Positions 14,201 through 28,739 of a stretch of 64,000 nucleotides of DNA are shown in pieces. The position numbers were made by a program, and so were the translations under genes. Location: NCBI RefSeq assembly GCF_009914755.1, contig NC_060933.1. The stretch is one strand, 5' to 3'. Under the pieces are notes generated by a model. The model did no database searches and had not been told where the DNA came from. It saw only the letters and a program-made list of their open reading frames with translations. Within the stretch, counting starts at the first letter, position 1. Each line of letters starts with the position of its first letter. This DNA comes from the human T2T-CHM13v2.0 reference genome, Homo sapiens.

Positions 14201-17200
14201 TTGAATGGAATGGAATGGAATAAACTCGATTGCAATGGAATGGAATGGAATGGAATGGAATGGAATGGAATGGAACGGAATGGAATGGAATGGAATTAAC
14301 CCGAATAGAATGGAATGGAATGGAATGGAATGGAATGGAATGGAATGGAATGGAATGGTACGGAATAGAATGGAATGGAACGAAATGGAACGGAATGAAA
14401 TGGAATGGAATGGAATGGAATGGAATGGAATGGAATGGAACGGAATCAACCCGAGTGCAGGGGAATGGAATGGAATTGAAGTCAATGGAATGGAATCATC
14501 CGGAATGGAATGGAATGGAATGGAATCAACTCGATTGCAATGGAATTGAATGGAATGGAATGGAATGGAATGGAATGGAATGGAATGGAATGGAATTAAT
14601 CCGAATAGAATGTAATAGAATGGAATGGAATGGAATGGAAGTAAATGGAATGGAATGGAATGAACCCGAGTGCAGGGGAATGGAATGGAATGGAATGGAA
14701 TGGAATGCAATGGAATGGAATGGAATGGAATGCAGTGGAATGAACTCGATTGCAATGGAATGGAATGGAATGGAAAGGAATACATTGGAATCAACCCGAC
14801 TGGAATGGAATGGAAAGGACTGGAATGGAGTGGAATGGAATGGAATGGAATGGAATGGAATCAACTCGATTGGAATGGAATGGAATGGAATGGAATGGAA
14901 TTAACCCGAATAGAATGGAATGGAATGGAATGGAACAGAACGGAATGGAATGGAATGGAATGGAATGGAATGGAATGGAATGGAATCAACCCGACTGCAG
15001 GGGAATGGAATGGAATGGAATGCAATGGAATGGATTCAACGTGAATGGAATGGAAAGAATGGAATCAATACGAGTGGAATGGCGTGGATTGGAATGGAAT
15101 GGAATGGAATCAACCCGAGTACAGGGGAATGGAATGGAATGTAACGCAATGGAATGGAATCATCCGTAATGGAAAGGAAAGGAATGGAATGGAATGGAAT
15201 GGAATGGAATGGAATGGAATGGAATCAACTCGATTGCAATCGAATGGAATGGAATGGAATTAACCCGAATAGAATGGAATGGAATGGAATGGAACAGAAC
15301 GGAACAGAATGGAATGGATTGGAATGGAATGGAATGGAATGGAATGGAACGGAAAGGAATGGAATGGAATGGAATGGAATGGAATGGAATGGAATGGAAT
15401 CAACGCGAGTGCAGGGGAATGGAATGGAATGGAATGCAATGGAATGGAATCTTCCGGAATGGAATGGAATGGAATGGAATGGAATGGAATGGAATGGAAT
15501 GGAATAAACCAGAGTGCAATGGAATGGAGTGGAATGGAATGGAATGGAATGGAACAACCCGAATGGAATGGAATGGAATGGAGAGTAAGGGAGTTGAATA
15601 GAATCAATCCGAATGTAATGCAATGGAATGGAACGGAATGCAATTGAATGGAATGGAATGGAATGCAATGGAATGGAATCAACCCGAGTGCAATGGAATG
15701 GAGAGGAATGGAATGGAATGGAATGGAAACTACCCGAATGGAATGGAATGTAATTGAGTGTAAGGGAATTGAATAGAATCAATCCGAATGTAATGGAATG
15801 GAATGGAACGGAATGGAATGGAATGGAATGGAATGGAATGGAATGGAATGGAATGCAATGGAATGGAATCAACCCGAGTGCAATCGAATGGAATCGAATG
15901 GAATGGAATGCAATGGAATGGATTCAACTTGAATGGAATGGAAAGAATGGAATCAACACGAGTGGAATGGCATGGATTGGAATGGAATGGAATGGAATCA
16001 ACCCGAGTACAGGGGAATGGAATGGAATGGAATGCAATGGAATGGAATCATCCGTAATGGAATGGAAAGGAATGGAATGGAATGGAATCAACTCGATTGC
16101 AATCGAATGGAATGGAATGGAATTAACCCGAATAGAATGGAATGGAATGGAATGGAACGGAACGGAATGGAATGGAATGGAATGGAATGGAATGGAATGG
16201 AACGGAAAGGAATGGAATGGAATGGAATGGAATGGAATGGAATGGAATGGAATGGAATCAAAGCGAGTGCAGGGTAATGGAATGGAATGGAATGCAATGG
16301 AATGGAATCTTCCGGAATGGAATGGAATGGAATGGAATGGAATGAAATGGAATGGAATGGAATGGAATCAACTCGATTTCAATGGAATGGAATGGAATAG
16401 AATGGAATGGAATTAGCACGAATAGAATGGAATGGAATGGAATTGAATGGAACAGAAAGGAATGGAATGGAATGGAATGGAATGAACCCAAGTGCAGGGG
16501 AATGGAATGGAATGGAATTCAATGGAATGGAATCATCCGGAATGGAATGGAATGGAATGGAATGGAATGGAATGGAATCAACCCGAGCGCAATCGAATGG
16601 AGAGGAATGGAATGGAATGGAATGGAAACTACACGAATCGAATGGAATGTAACGGAGTGTAAGGGAATTGAATAGAATGAATCCGAATGGAATGGAATGG
16701 AAAGGAATGGAATGGAATGGAAAGGAATGGAATGGAATGCAATGGAATGGAATCAACCCGAGTGCAATCGAATGGAATCGAATGGAATGCAATGCAATGG
16801 AATGGATTCAACTTGAATGGAATGGAAAGAATGGAATCAACAAGAGTGGAATGGTATGGATTGGAATGGAATGGAATGGAATCAACCCGAGTACAGGGGA
16901 ATGGAATGGAATGGAATGAAATGGAATGGAATCATCCGTAATGTAATGGAAAGGAATGGAATGGAATGGAATGGAATGGAATGGAATGGAATGGAATGGA
17001 ATCAACTCTATTGCAATCGAATGGAATGGAATGGAATTAACCCGAATAGAATGGAATGGAATGGAATGGAATGGAATGGAATGGAATGGAACGGAACGGA
17101 ACGGAATGGAATGGAATGGAATGGAATGGAATGGAATGGAACGGAACGGAATGGAATGGAATGGAATGGAATGGAATGGAATGCAATGGAACGGATCAGA

Positions 17201-20200
17201 ATGGAATGGAATGGAATGGAATAGAATGGAATGGAATCAACGCGAGTGCAGGGGAATGGAATGGAATGGAATGCAATGGAATCAACTAGATTGCAATGGA
17301 ATGGAATGGAATGGAATGGAATGGAATGGAATGGAATGGAATTAACCTGAACAGAATGGAATGGAATGGAATGGAATGGAATGGAATGGAACGGAATGGA
17401 ATGGAATGGAATGGAATGTAATCAACCCGAGTGCAGGGGAATGGAACGGAATGGAATGCAATGGAATGGAATCATCCGGAATGGAATGGAATGGAATGGA
17501 ATGCAATGGAATGGAATCAATCAACCCGAGTGCAATGCAATGGAGTGTAATGGAATCGAATGGAATGGAAACTACCCGAATGGAATGGAATGTAATGGAG
17601 TGTAAGGGAATTGAAAAAAATCAATCCGAATGTAATGGAATGGAATGGAACGGAATGAAATGGAATGGCATGGAATGGAATGGAATCAACCCGAGTGCAA
17701 TGGAATGGAATTGAACGGAATGGAATGGAAAGGAATGGATTCAACCCGAATGGAATGGAAAGGAATGGAATAAACCCGAGTGGAATGGCATGGAATGGAA
17801 TGAAATGGAGTGGAATGGAATGGAATGGAATGGAATGGTACGGAATAGAATGGAATGGAACGAAATGGAATAGAATGGAATGGAAAGGAATGGAATGAAA
17901 ACGTGTGCAATGGATTGGAATGGAATGGAATGGAATGGAATGGAATGGGTTCGACTCGAATGGAATGGAAGGGAATGGAATCAACCCGAGTGGAATGGCA
18001 TGGAATGGAATGGAATGGAATGGAATGGAATGGAATGGAACGGAATGGAAACAACACGAGTGCAATGTAATGGAATCGAATGGAATGGAATGGAATGGAA
18101 TGGAATGGATTTAACCCGAATGGAATGGAAAGGAATGGAATAAACCCGAGTGGAATGGCATGGAATGGAGTCTAATGGAATGGAATGGAATGCAATGGTA
18201 TGGAATAGAATGGAATGGAACGAAATGGAATGGAATGGAATGGAATGGAATGAAATGAACCCGTGTGCAATGGAATGGAATGGAATGGAATGGAATGGAA
18301 TGGGTTCTACTCGAATGGAATGGAAAGGAATGGAATCAACCCGAGTAGAATGGCATGGAATGGAATGGAATGGAATGGAATGGAATGGAATGGAATGTTA
18401 CGGAATAGAATGGACTGGAGCGAAATGGAATGGAATGGAATGGAATGGAATGGAATGGAATGGAGTGGAATGAAATCGTGTGCAATGGAATGGAATGGAA
18501 TGGAATGGAATGGAATGGAATGGACTGGAATGGAATGGAATGGAATGGAGTGGAATGGAATGGAATGGGTTCAACTCGAATGGAATGGAAAGGAATGGAA
18601 TCAACCCGAGTGGAGTGTCATGGAATGGAATGGAATAGTATGGAATGGAATGGAATGGAATCATCCCGAGTGCAATGTAATGGAATCGAAAGGAATGGAA
18701 TGGAATGGAATGGATTCAACCCGAATGGAATGAAAAGAAATGGAATAAACCCGAGTGGAATGGCATGGAATGGAGTGGAATTGAATGGAATGGAATGGTA
18801 CAGAATAGAATGGAATGGAACGAAATGGAATGGAATGGAATGGAATGGAATGGAATGGAATGAACCCGTGTGCAATGGAATGGAATGGAATGGAATGGAA
18901 TGGAATGGAATGGAATGGATTCAACTCGAATGGAATGGAAGGCAATGGAATCAACCCGAGTGGAATGGCATGGAATGGAGTGGAATGGAATGGAATGGAA
19001 TGGAATGGAATAGAATGGAATGGCATGGAATGGTACGGAATAGAATGGAATGGAACGAAATGGAATGGAATGAAATGGAATGGAATGGAATGGAACGGAA
19101 TAGAATGGTATGGAATGGAATGGAATGGAATGGTACGGAATAGAATGGAATGGAACGAAATGGAATGGAATGAAATGTAATGGAATGGAATGGAATCAAC
19201 CCGAGTGCAGGGAAATGGAATGGAATTGAAGGCAATGGAATGGAATCATCCGGAATTGAATGGAATGGAATGGAATAAACTCGATTGCAATGGAATGCAA
19301 TGGAATGGAATGGAATGGAATGGAATGGAACGGAATGGAATGGAATGGAATTAACCCGAATAGAATGGAATGGAATGGAATGGAATGGAATGGAATGGAA
19401 TGGAATGGAATGGAATGGTACGGAATAGAATGGAATGGAACGAAATGGAACGGAATGAAATGGAATGGAATGGAATGGAATGGAATGGAATGGAATGGAA
19501 CGGAATCAACCCGAGTGCAGGGGAATGGAATGGAATTGAAGTCAATGGAATGGAATCATCCGGAATGGAATGGAATGGAATGGAATCAACTCGATTGCAA
19601 TGGAATTGAATGGAATGGAATGGAATGGAATGGAATGGAATGGAATGGAATGGAATGGAATTAATCCGAATAGAATGTAATAGAATGGAATGGAATGGAA
19701 TGGAAGTAAATGGAATGGAATGGAATGAACCCGAGTGCAGGGGAATGGAATGGAATGGAATGGAATGGAATGCAATGGAATGGAATGGAATGGAATGCAG
19801 TGGAATGAACTCGATTGCAATGGAATGGAATGGAATGGAAAGGAATACATTGGAATCAACCCGACTGGAATGGAATGGAAAGGACTGGAATGGAGTGGAA
19901 TGGAATGGAATGGAATGGAATGGAATCAACTCGATTGGAATGGAATGGAATGGAATGGAATGGAATTAACCCGAATAGAATGGAATGGAATGGAATGGAA
20001 CAGAACGGAATGGAATGGAATGGAATGGAATGGAATGGAATGGAATGGAATCAACCCGACTGCAGGGGAATGGAATGGAATGGAATGCAATGGAATGGAT
20101 TCAACGTGAATGGAATGGAAAGAATGGAATCAATACGAGTGGAATGGCATGGATTGGAATGGAATGGAATGGAATCAACCCGAGTACAGGGGAATGGAAT

Positions 20201-21418
20201 GGAATGTAACGCAATGGAATGGAATCATCCGTAATGGAAAGGAAAGGAATGGAATGGAATGGAATGGAATGGAATGGAATGGAATGGAATCAACTCGATT
20301 GCAATCGAATGGAATGGAATGGAATTAACCCGAATAGAATGGAATGGAATGGAATGGAACAGAACGGAACAGAATGGAATGGATTGGAATGGAATGGAAT
20401 GGAATGGAATGGAACGGAAAGGAATGGAATGGAATGGAATGGAATGGAATGGAATGGAATGGAATCAACGCGAGTGCAGGGGAATGGAATGGAATGGAAT
20501 GCAATGGAATGGAATCTTCCGGAATGGAATGGAATGGAATGGAATGGAATGGAATGGAATGGAATGGAATAAACCAGAGTGCAATGGAATGGAGTGGAAT
20601 GGAATGGAATGGAATGGAACAACCCGAATGGAATGGAATGGAATGGAGAGTAAGGGAGTTGAATAGAATCAATCCGAATGTAATGCAATGGAATGGAACG
20701 GAATGCAATTGAATGGAATGGAATGGAATGCAATGGAATGGAATCAACCCGAGTGCAATGGAATGGAGAGGAATGGAATGGAATGGAATGGAAACTACCC
20801 GAATGGAATGGAATGTAATTGAGTGTAAGGGAATTGAATAGAATCAATCCGAATGTAATAGAATGGAATGGAACGGAATGGAATGGAATGGAATGGAATG
20901 GAATGGAATGGAATGGAATGCAATGGAATGGAATCAACCCGAGTGCAATCGAATGGAATCGAATGGAATGGAATGCAATGGAATGGATTCAACTTGAATG
21001 GAATGGAAAGAATGGAATCAACACGAGTGGAATGGCATGGATTGGAATGGAATGGAATGGAATCAACCCGAGTACAGGGGAATGGAATGGAATGGAATGC
21101 AATGGAATGGAATCATCCGTAATGGAATGGAAAGGAATGGAATGGAATGGAATCAACTCGATTGCAATCGAATGGAATGGAATGGAATTAACCCGAATAG
21201 AATGGAATGGAATGGAATGGAACGGAACGGAATGGAATGGAATGGAATGGAATGGAATGGAATGGAACGGAAAGGAATGGAATGGAATGGAATGGAATGG
21301 AATGGAATGGAATGGAATGGAATGGAATCAAAGCGAGTGCAGGGTAATGGAATGGAATGGAATGCAATGGAATGGAATCTTCCGGAATGGAATGGAATGG
21401 AATGGAATGGAATGAAAT
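11255..21418 (+). repeat. Higher-order tandem duplication, unit ~5.06 kb, two near-identical copies
   Basis: Private markers recur at 5055-5070 bp offsets: CTCGATTTCAATGG, ATTAGCACGAAT, CGAGCGCAATC, GGATCAGAAT, TTGAAAAAAATCAAT, GGAGTCTAAT, GGACTGGAGCG, ATCAAAGCGAGTGCAGGGT (~16257/21327). ORF pairs 11292/16352, 12462/17517 and 15154/20219 agree. Confidence 0.93.
12650..14120 (+). repeat. Compositionally distinct HSat3 sub-domain (copied at ~17705-19175)
   Basis: Lacks CAGGGG, CATCCGG/CTTCCGG and TTAACCCGAATAG modules. Instead it has about four sub-units carrying TGGCATGG, GTACGGAATAG...AACGAAATGG, CGTGTGCAAT (~12847, 13207, 13422, 13812) and GG(G/A)TTCNACTCG (~12892, 13247, 13512, 13862). Confidence 0.75.
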
Positions 21419-24400
21419 GCAATGGATTCAACTCGATTGCAATGGAATGGAATAGAATGGAATGGAATGGAATGGAATGGAATGGAATGGAATGGAATGG
21501 AATGGAATTAACCCGAATAGAATGGAATGGAATGGAAGGGAACGGAATGGAACCGAATGGAATGGAATGGAAAGGTATGGAATGGAATGGAATGGTACGG
21601 AATAGAATGGAATAGAACGAATTGTAATGGAATGGAATTGAATGGAATGGAATGGAATGGAATGGAATCAACGCAAGTGCAGGGGAATGTAATGGAACGG
21701 AATGCAATGGAATGGAATCATCCGGAATGGAATGGAATGGAATGGAATGGAATCAACCCGAGTGCAATGGAATGGAGGGGAATGGAATGGAATGGAATGC
21801 AACAACCCGAATGGAATGGAATGTAATGGAGAGTAAGGGAGTTGAATAGAATCAATCCGAATGTAATGGAATGGAATGCAACGGAATGGAATGGAATTGA
21901 ATGGAATGGAATGGAATGCAATGGAATGGAATCAACCCGAGTACAATGGAATGGAATGGAATGGAATGGAATGGAAAGGACTGGAATGGAATGGAATGGA
22001 ATGGAATGGAATGGAATCAACTCGATTGTAATGGAATGGAATGGAATGGAATGGAATGGAATGGAATGGAATGGAATGGAATGGAATTAACCCGAAAACA
22101 ATGGAATGGAATGGAATGGAACGGAATGGAGTGGAATGGAATGGAATCAACCCGAGTGCAGGGGAATGGAATGGAATGGAATGCAATGGAATGGAATCAT
22201 CCGGAATGGAATGGAATGGAATGGAATGCAAAGCAATGGAATCAACTCGATTGCAATGGAATGGAATGGAATGGAAAGGAATACATTGGAATCAACCCGA
22301 GTGGAATGGAATGGAAAGGACTGGAATGGAATAGAATGGAATGGAATGGAATGGAATGGAATCAACTCGATTGGAATGGAATGGAGTGGAATGGAATGGA
22401 ATGGAATGGAATGGAATCAACTGGATTGGAATGGAATGGAATGGAATGGAATAGAATGGAATGGAAAGGAATGGAATTAACCCGAATAGAATGGAATGGA
22501 TTGGAATGGAACGGAACGGAATGGAATGGAATGGAATGGAATGGAAGGGAATGGAATGGAATGGAAACAACCCGACTGCAGGGGAATGGAATGGAATGGA
22601 ATGGAATGGAATGGATTGGAATGGAATGGAATCGTTCCGAGTGGAATAGGAGGGAATGTATTCGAGTGGAATGGAAAGGAATGGAATCAACCAGAGTGGA
22701 ATGGAAGGGAATGGAATGGAATGGAAACTAATAGAATGGAATCAACCCGAGTGGAATGGAATGGAAAGGACTGGAATGGAATGGAATGGAATGGAATCAA
22801 CTCGATTGTAATGGAATGGAATGGAATGGAATGGAATGGAATGGAATGGAATTAACCCGAATACAATGCAATGGAATGGAATGGAACGGAATGGAGTGGA
22901 ATGGAATGGAATCAACCCGAGTGCAGGGGAATGGAATGGAATGGAATGCAATGGAATGGAATCATCCGGAACGGAATGGAATGGAATGGAATGCAAAGCA
23001 ATGAAATCAACTCGATTGCAATGGAATGGAATGGAATGGAAAGGAATACATTGGAATCAACCCGAGTGGAATGGAATGGAAAGGACTGGAATGTAGTGGA
23101 ATGGAATGGAATGGAATGGAATGGAATGGAATCAACTCGATTGGAATGGAATGGAATGAAATGGAATGGAATGGAATGGAATGGAATTAAGCCGAATAGA
23201 AAGGAATGGAATGGAATGGAACAGAACGGAATGGAATGGAATGGAATGGAATGGAATGGAATGGAATGGAAACAACCCGACAGCAGGGGAATGGAATGGA
23301 ATGGAATGGAAACAACCCGACTGCAGGGGAATGGAATGGAATGGAATGCAAAGGAATGGATTCAACTTGAATGAAATGGAAAGAATGGAATCAACACGAG
23401 TGGAATGGCATGGATTGGAATGGAATGGAATGGAATCAACACGAGTACAGGGGAATGGAATGGAATGGAATGCAATGGAATGGAATCATCCGTAATGGAA
23501 TGGAAAGGAATGGAATGGAATGGAATGGAATGGAATGGAATGGAATCAACTCGATTGCAATCGAACGGAATGGAATGGAATTAACCCGAATAGAATGGAA
23601 TGGAATGGAATGGAACGGAACGGAACGGAATGGAATGGATTGGAATGGAATAGAATGGAATGGAATGGAACGGAAAGGAATGGAATGGAATGGAATGGAA
23701 TGGAATGGAATGGAATCAACGCGAGTGCAGGGGAATGGAATGGAATGGAATGCAATGGAATGGAATCTTCCGGAATGGAATGGAACGGAATGGAATGGAA
23801 TGGAATGGAATGGAATAAAACCGAGTGCAATGGAATAGAGTGGAATGGAATGGAATGGAATGGAACAACCCGAATGGAATGGAATGTAATGGAGAGTAAG
23901 GGAGTTGAATAGAATCAATCCGAATGTAATGGAATGGAATGGAACGGAATGGAATTGAATGGAATGGAATGGAATGGAATGGAATGGAATGGAATGGAAT
24001 GGAATGCAATGGAATGGAATCAACCCGAGTACAATGGAATGGAATGGAATGGAATGGAATGGAATGGAATGGAATGGAATGGAATGATACGGAATAGAAT
24101 GGAATGGAACCAAATGGAATGGAATGGAATGGAATGGAATGCAATGGAATGGAATGGAATGGAATGGAATCGTTCCGAGTGGAATAGGAGGGAATGTATT
24201 CGAGTGGAATGGAAAGGAATGGAATCAACAAGAGTGGAATGGAAGGGAATGGAATAGAATGGAAACTAATAGAATGGAATCAACCCGAGTGGAATGGAAT
24301 GGAAAGGACTGGAATAGAATGGAATGGAATGGCATCAACTCGACTGGAATGGAATGGAATGGAATGGAATGGAATGGAATGGAATGGAATCAACCCGAGT

Positions 24401-25189
24401 GCAATGGAATGGAGTGGAATGGAATGGAATGGAATGGAACAACCGGAATGGAATGGAATGTAATGGAGAGTAAGGGAGTTGAATAGAATCAATCCGAATG
24501 TAATGGAATGGAATGGAACGGAATGGAATTGAATGGAATGGAATGGAATGCAATGGAATGGAATCAACCCGAGTGCAATGGAATGGAGAGGAATGGAATG
24601 GAATGGAATGGAAACTACCCGAATGGAATGGAATGTAATGGAGTGTAAGGGAATTGAATAGAATCAATCCGAATGTCATGGAATGGAATGGAACGGAATG
24701 GAATGGAATGGAATGGAATGGAATGGAATGCAATGGAATGGAATCAACCCGAGTGCAATCGAATGGAATCGAATGGAATGGAATGCAATGGAATGGATTC
24801 AACTTGAATGCAATGGAAAGAATGGAATCAACACGAGTGGAATGGCATGGATTGGAATGGAATGGAATGGAATCAACCCGAGTACAGGGGAATGGAATGG
24901 AATGGAATGCAATGGAATGGAATCATCCGTAATGGAATGGAAAGGAATTGAATGGAATGGAATGGAATGGAATGGAATCAACTCGATTGCAATCGAATGG
25001 AATGGAATGGAATTAACCCGAATAGAATGGAATGGAATGGAATGGGACGGAACGGAATGGAATGGAATGGAATGGAATGGAATGGAACGGAACGGAATGG
25101 AGTGGAATGGAATGGAATGGAATCAATGCGAGTGCAGGGGAATGGAATGGAATGGAATGCAATGGAATGGAATCTTCCGGAATGGAATG

Positions 25190-26570
25190 GAATGGAATGG
25201 AATGAAATGCAATGGATTCAACTAGATTGCCATGGAATGGAATAGAATGGAATGGAATGGAATGGAATGGAATTAATCCGAATAGAATGGAATGGAATGG
25301 AATGGAACGGAATGGAACGGAATGGAATGGAATGGAATGGAATGGAATGGAATGGTATGGAATGGAATGGAATGGTACGGAATAGAATGGAATGGAACGA
25401 ATTGTAATGGAATGGAATTGAATGGAATGGAATGGAATGGAATGGAATCAACACGAGTGCAGGGGAATGTAATGGAACGGAATGCAATGGAATGGAATCA
25501 TCCGGAATGGAATGGAATGGAATGGAATGGAATGGAAAGGAATCAACCCGAGTGCAATGGAATGGAGTGGAATGGAATGGAATGGAATGGAACAACCCGA
25601 ATGGAATGGAATGTAATGGAGAGTAAGGGAGTTGAATAGAATCAATCCGAATGTAATGGAATGGAATGCAACGGAATGGAATGGAATGGAATGGAATGGA
25701 ATGGAATGGAATGCAATGGAATTGAATCAACCCGAGTAAAATGGAATGGAATGGAATGGAATGGAGTGGAATGGAATGGAATGGAATGGATTGGAATGGA
25801 ATGGAATGATACGGAATAGAATGGAATGGAACGAAATGCAATGGAATGGAATGGAATGGAATGGAATCAACGCGAGTGCAGGGTAATGGAATGGAATGGA
25901 ATGCAATGGAATGGGATCTTCTGGAATGGAATGGAATGGAATGGAAAGGAATGAAATGCAATGGATTCAACTCGATTGCAATGGAATGGAATAGAATGGA
26001 ATGGAATGGAATGGAATGGAATTAATCCGAATAGAATGGAATGGAATGGAATGGAACGGAATGGAACGGAATGGAATGGAATGGAATGGAATGGAATGGT
26101 ATGGAATGGAATGGAATGGAATGGTACGGATTAGAATGGAATGGAACGAATTGTAATGGAATAGAATTGTATGGAATGCAATGGAATGGAATGGAATCAA
26201 CGCGAGTGCAGGGGAATGTAATGGAACGGAATGCAATGGAATGGAATCATCCGGAATGGAATGGAATGGAATGGAATGGAATAGAATGGAATGGAATCAA
26301 CCCGAGTGCAATGGAATGGTGTGGAATACAATGGAATGGAATGGAATGGAACAACCCGAATGGAGTGGAATGTAATGGAGAGTAAGGGAGTTGCATAGAA
26401 TCAATCCGAATGTAATGGAATGGAATGCAACAGAATGGAATGGAATGGAATGGAATGGAATGCAATGGAATTGAATCAACCCGAGTACAATGGAATGGAA
26501 TGGAATGGAATGGAATGGAATGGAATGGAATGGAATGATACGGAATAGAATGGAATGGAACGAAATGGAA
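25190..26570 (+). repeat. Local ~750 bp tandem duplication, moderately diverged
   Basis: ATTAATCCGAATAG at ~25272/26021, AATTGAATCAACCCGAGTA at ~25720/26469 and AATGATACGG in both copies; ORF pairs 25292/26041 and 25432/26181 are offset by 749. Confidence 0.75.
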
Positions 26571-27699
26571 TGGAATGGAATGGAATGGAATGGAATGGAA
26601 TTGAATCGTTCCGAGTGGAATAGGAGGGAATGTATTCGAGTGGAATGGAAAGGAATGGTATCAACCAGAGTGGAATGGAAGGGAAGGGAATGGAATGGAA
26701 ATTAATAGAATGGAATCAACCCGAGTGGAATGGAATGGAAAGGACTGGAATGGAATGGAATGGAATGGAATCAACTCGATTGTAATGGAATGGAATGGAA
26801 TGCAATGGAATGGAATGGAATGGAATTAACCCGAATACAATGGAATGGAATGGAATGGAACGGAATGGAGTAGAATGGAATGGAATCAACCCGAGTGCAG
26901 GGGAATGGAACGGAATGGAATGCAATGGAATGGAATCATCCGGAATGGAATGGAATGGAATGGAATGCAAAGCAATGGAATCAACTCGATTGCAATGGAA
27001 TGGAATGGAATGGAAAGGAATACATTCGAATCAACCCGAGTGGAATGGAATGGAAAGGACTGGAATGGAGTGGAATGGAATGGAATGGAATGGAATGGAA
27101 TGGAATGGAATGGAATCAACTCGATTGGAATGGAATGGAATGGAATGGAATGGAATTATCGCGAATAGAATGGAATGGAATGGAATGGAACGGAACGTAA
27201 TGGAATGGGATGGAATGGAATGGAATGGAATGGAATCAACCCGACTCCAGGGGAATGGAATGGAATGGAAGGCAATGGAATGGATTCAACTTGAATGGTA
27301 TGGAAAGAATGGAATCAACACGAGTGGAATGGCATGGATTGGAATGGAATGGAATGGAATCAACCCGAGTACAGGGGAATGGAATGGAATGGAATGCAAT
27401 GGAATGGAATCATCCGTAATGGAATGGAAAGGAATGGAATGGAATGGAATGGAATGGAATGGAATGGAATGGAATGGAATCAACTCGATTGCAATCGAAT
27501 GGAATGGAATGGAATTAACCCGAATAGAATGGAATGGAATGGAATGGTACGGAACGGAACGGAACGGAACGGAGTGGAATGGAATGGAATGGAATTGTAT
27601 GGAATGGAATGGCATGGTACGGAATAGAATGGAATGGAAAGAATTGGAATGGAATGGAATCGAATGGAACGGAATGCAATGGAATGGAATCATCCGGAA

Positions 27700-28250
27700 T
27701 GGAATGGAATGAATGGAATGGAATGGAATGGAATGGAATGGAATCAACCAGAGTGCAATGGAAAGGAGTGGAATGGAATGGAATGGAATGGAACAACCCG
27801 AATGGAATGGAATGTAATGGAGAGTAAGGGAGTTGAATAGAATCAATCCGAATGTAATGGAATGGAACGGAATGGAATGGAATGGAATGGAATGGAATGG
27901 AATGGAATGCAATGGAATGGAATCAACCCGAGTACAATGGAACGGAATGTAATGTAATGTAATGTAATGGAATGGAATGAATGGAATGGAATGGAATGGA
28001 ATGGAATGGAAACAACCAGAGTGCAATGGAAAGGAGTGGAATGGAATCGAATGGAATGGAACAACCCGAATGGAATGGAATGTAATGGAGAGTAAGGGAG
28101 TTGAATAGAATCAATCCGAATGTAATGGAATGGAACGGAATGGAATGGAATGGAATGGAATGGAATGGAATGGAATGGAATGGAATGCAATGGAATGGAA
28201 TCAACCCGAGTACAATGGAACGGAATGTAATGTAATGTAATGTAATGGAA
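27700..28250 (+). repeat. Local ~270-280 bp tandem duplication just left of the breakpoint
   Basis: Both copies share a private 1-bp deletion (GGAATGAATGG at ~27706 and ~27974), CAACCAGAGTGCAATGGAAAGGAGT (27745, 28013) and (GTAAT)4 (27949, 28227). Confidence 0.85.
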
Positions 28251-28725
28251 TGGAATGGAATGGAATGGAATGGATTCAACCCGAGTGCAATGGAATGGAG
28301 AGGAATGGAATGGAATGGAATGGAAACTACCGGAATGGAATGGAATATAATGGAGTGTAAGGGAATTGAATAGAATCAATCCGAATGGAATGGAATGGAA
28401 TGGAATGGAATGGAATGGAATGGAATGGAATGGAATCAACAAGAGTGCAGGGGAATGGAATGGAATGGAATGCAATGGAATGGAATCATCCGGAATGGAA
28501 TGGAATGGAATGGAATGGAATCAACCCGAGTGCAAAGGAATGGAGTGAAATGGAATGGAATGGAATGGAAACAACCAGAAAGGATTGGAATATAATGGAG
28601 TGTAAGGGAATTGAATAGAATCAATCTGAATGTAATGAAATGGAATGGAACGGAAAGGAATGGAATGGAATGGAATGGAATGGAATGGAATGGAATGGAA
28701 TGAAATGGAATGGAATCAACCCGAG

Positions 28726-28739
28726 TGCATTCCATTGCA
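28726..28739. other. Strand-inversion breakpoint within the satellite array
   Basis: Sequence reads ...GGAATCAACCCGAG-TGCA-TTCCAT-TGCA-TTCTGGTTGTTTCCATTCC...; GGAAT repeats stop and ATTCC repeats start with no non-satellite insert. Two self-complementary TGCA tetramers lie at 28726-28729 and 28736-28739. Confidence 0.95.

Larger units (their letters stand above)
1..28729 (+). repeat. Satellite III (HSat3)-type array, G-rich (GGAAT)n strand on +
   Basis: Continuous GGAAT pentamers interrupted by CAACCCGAGT, CAACTCGATT, TTAACCCGAATAG and CATCCGG/CTTCCGG modules. (GGAAT)n with CAACCCGA(G/A)T interruptions is the established hallmark of HSat3, as opposed to the more degenerate HSat2. Confidence 0.97.
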
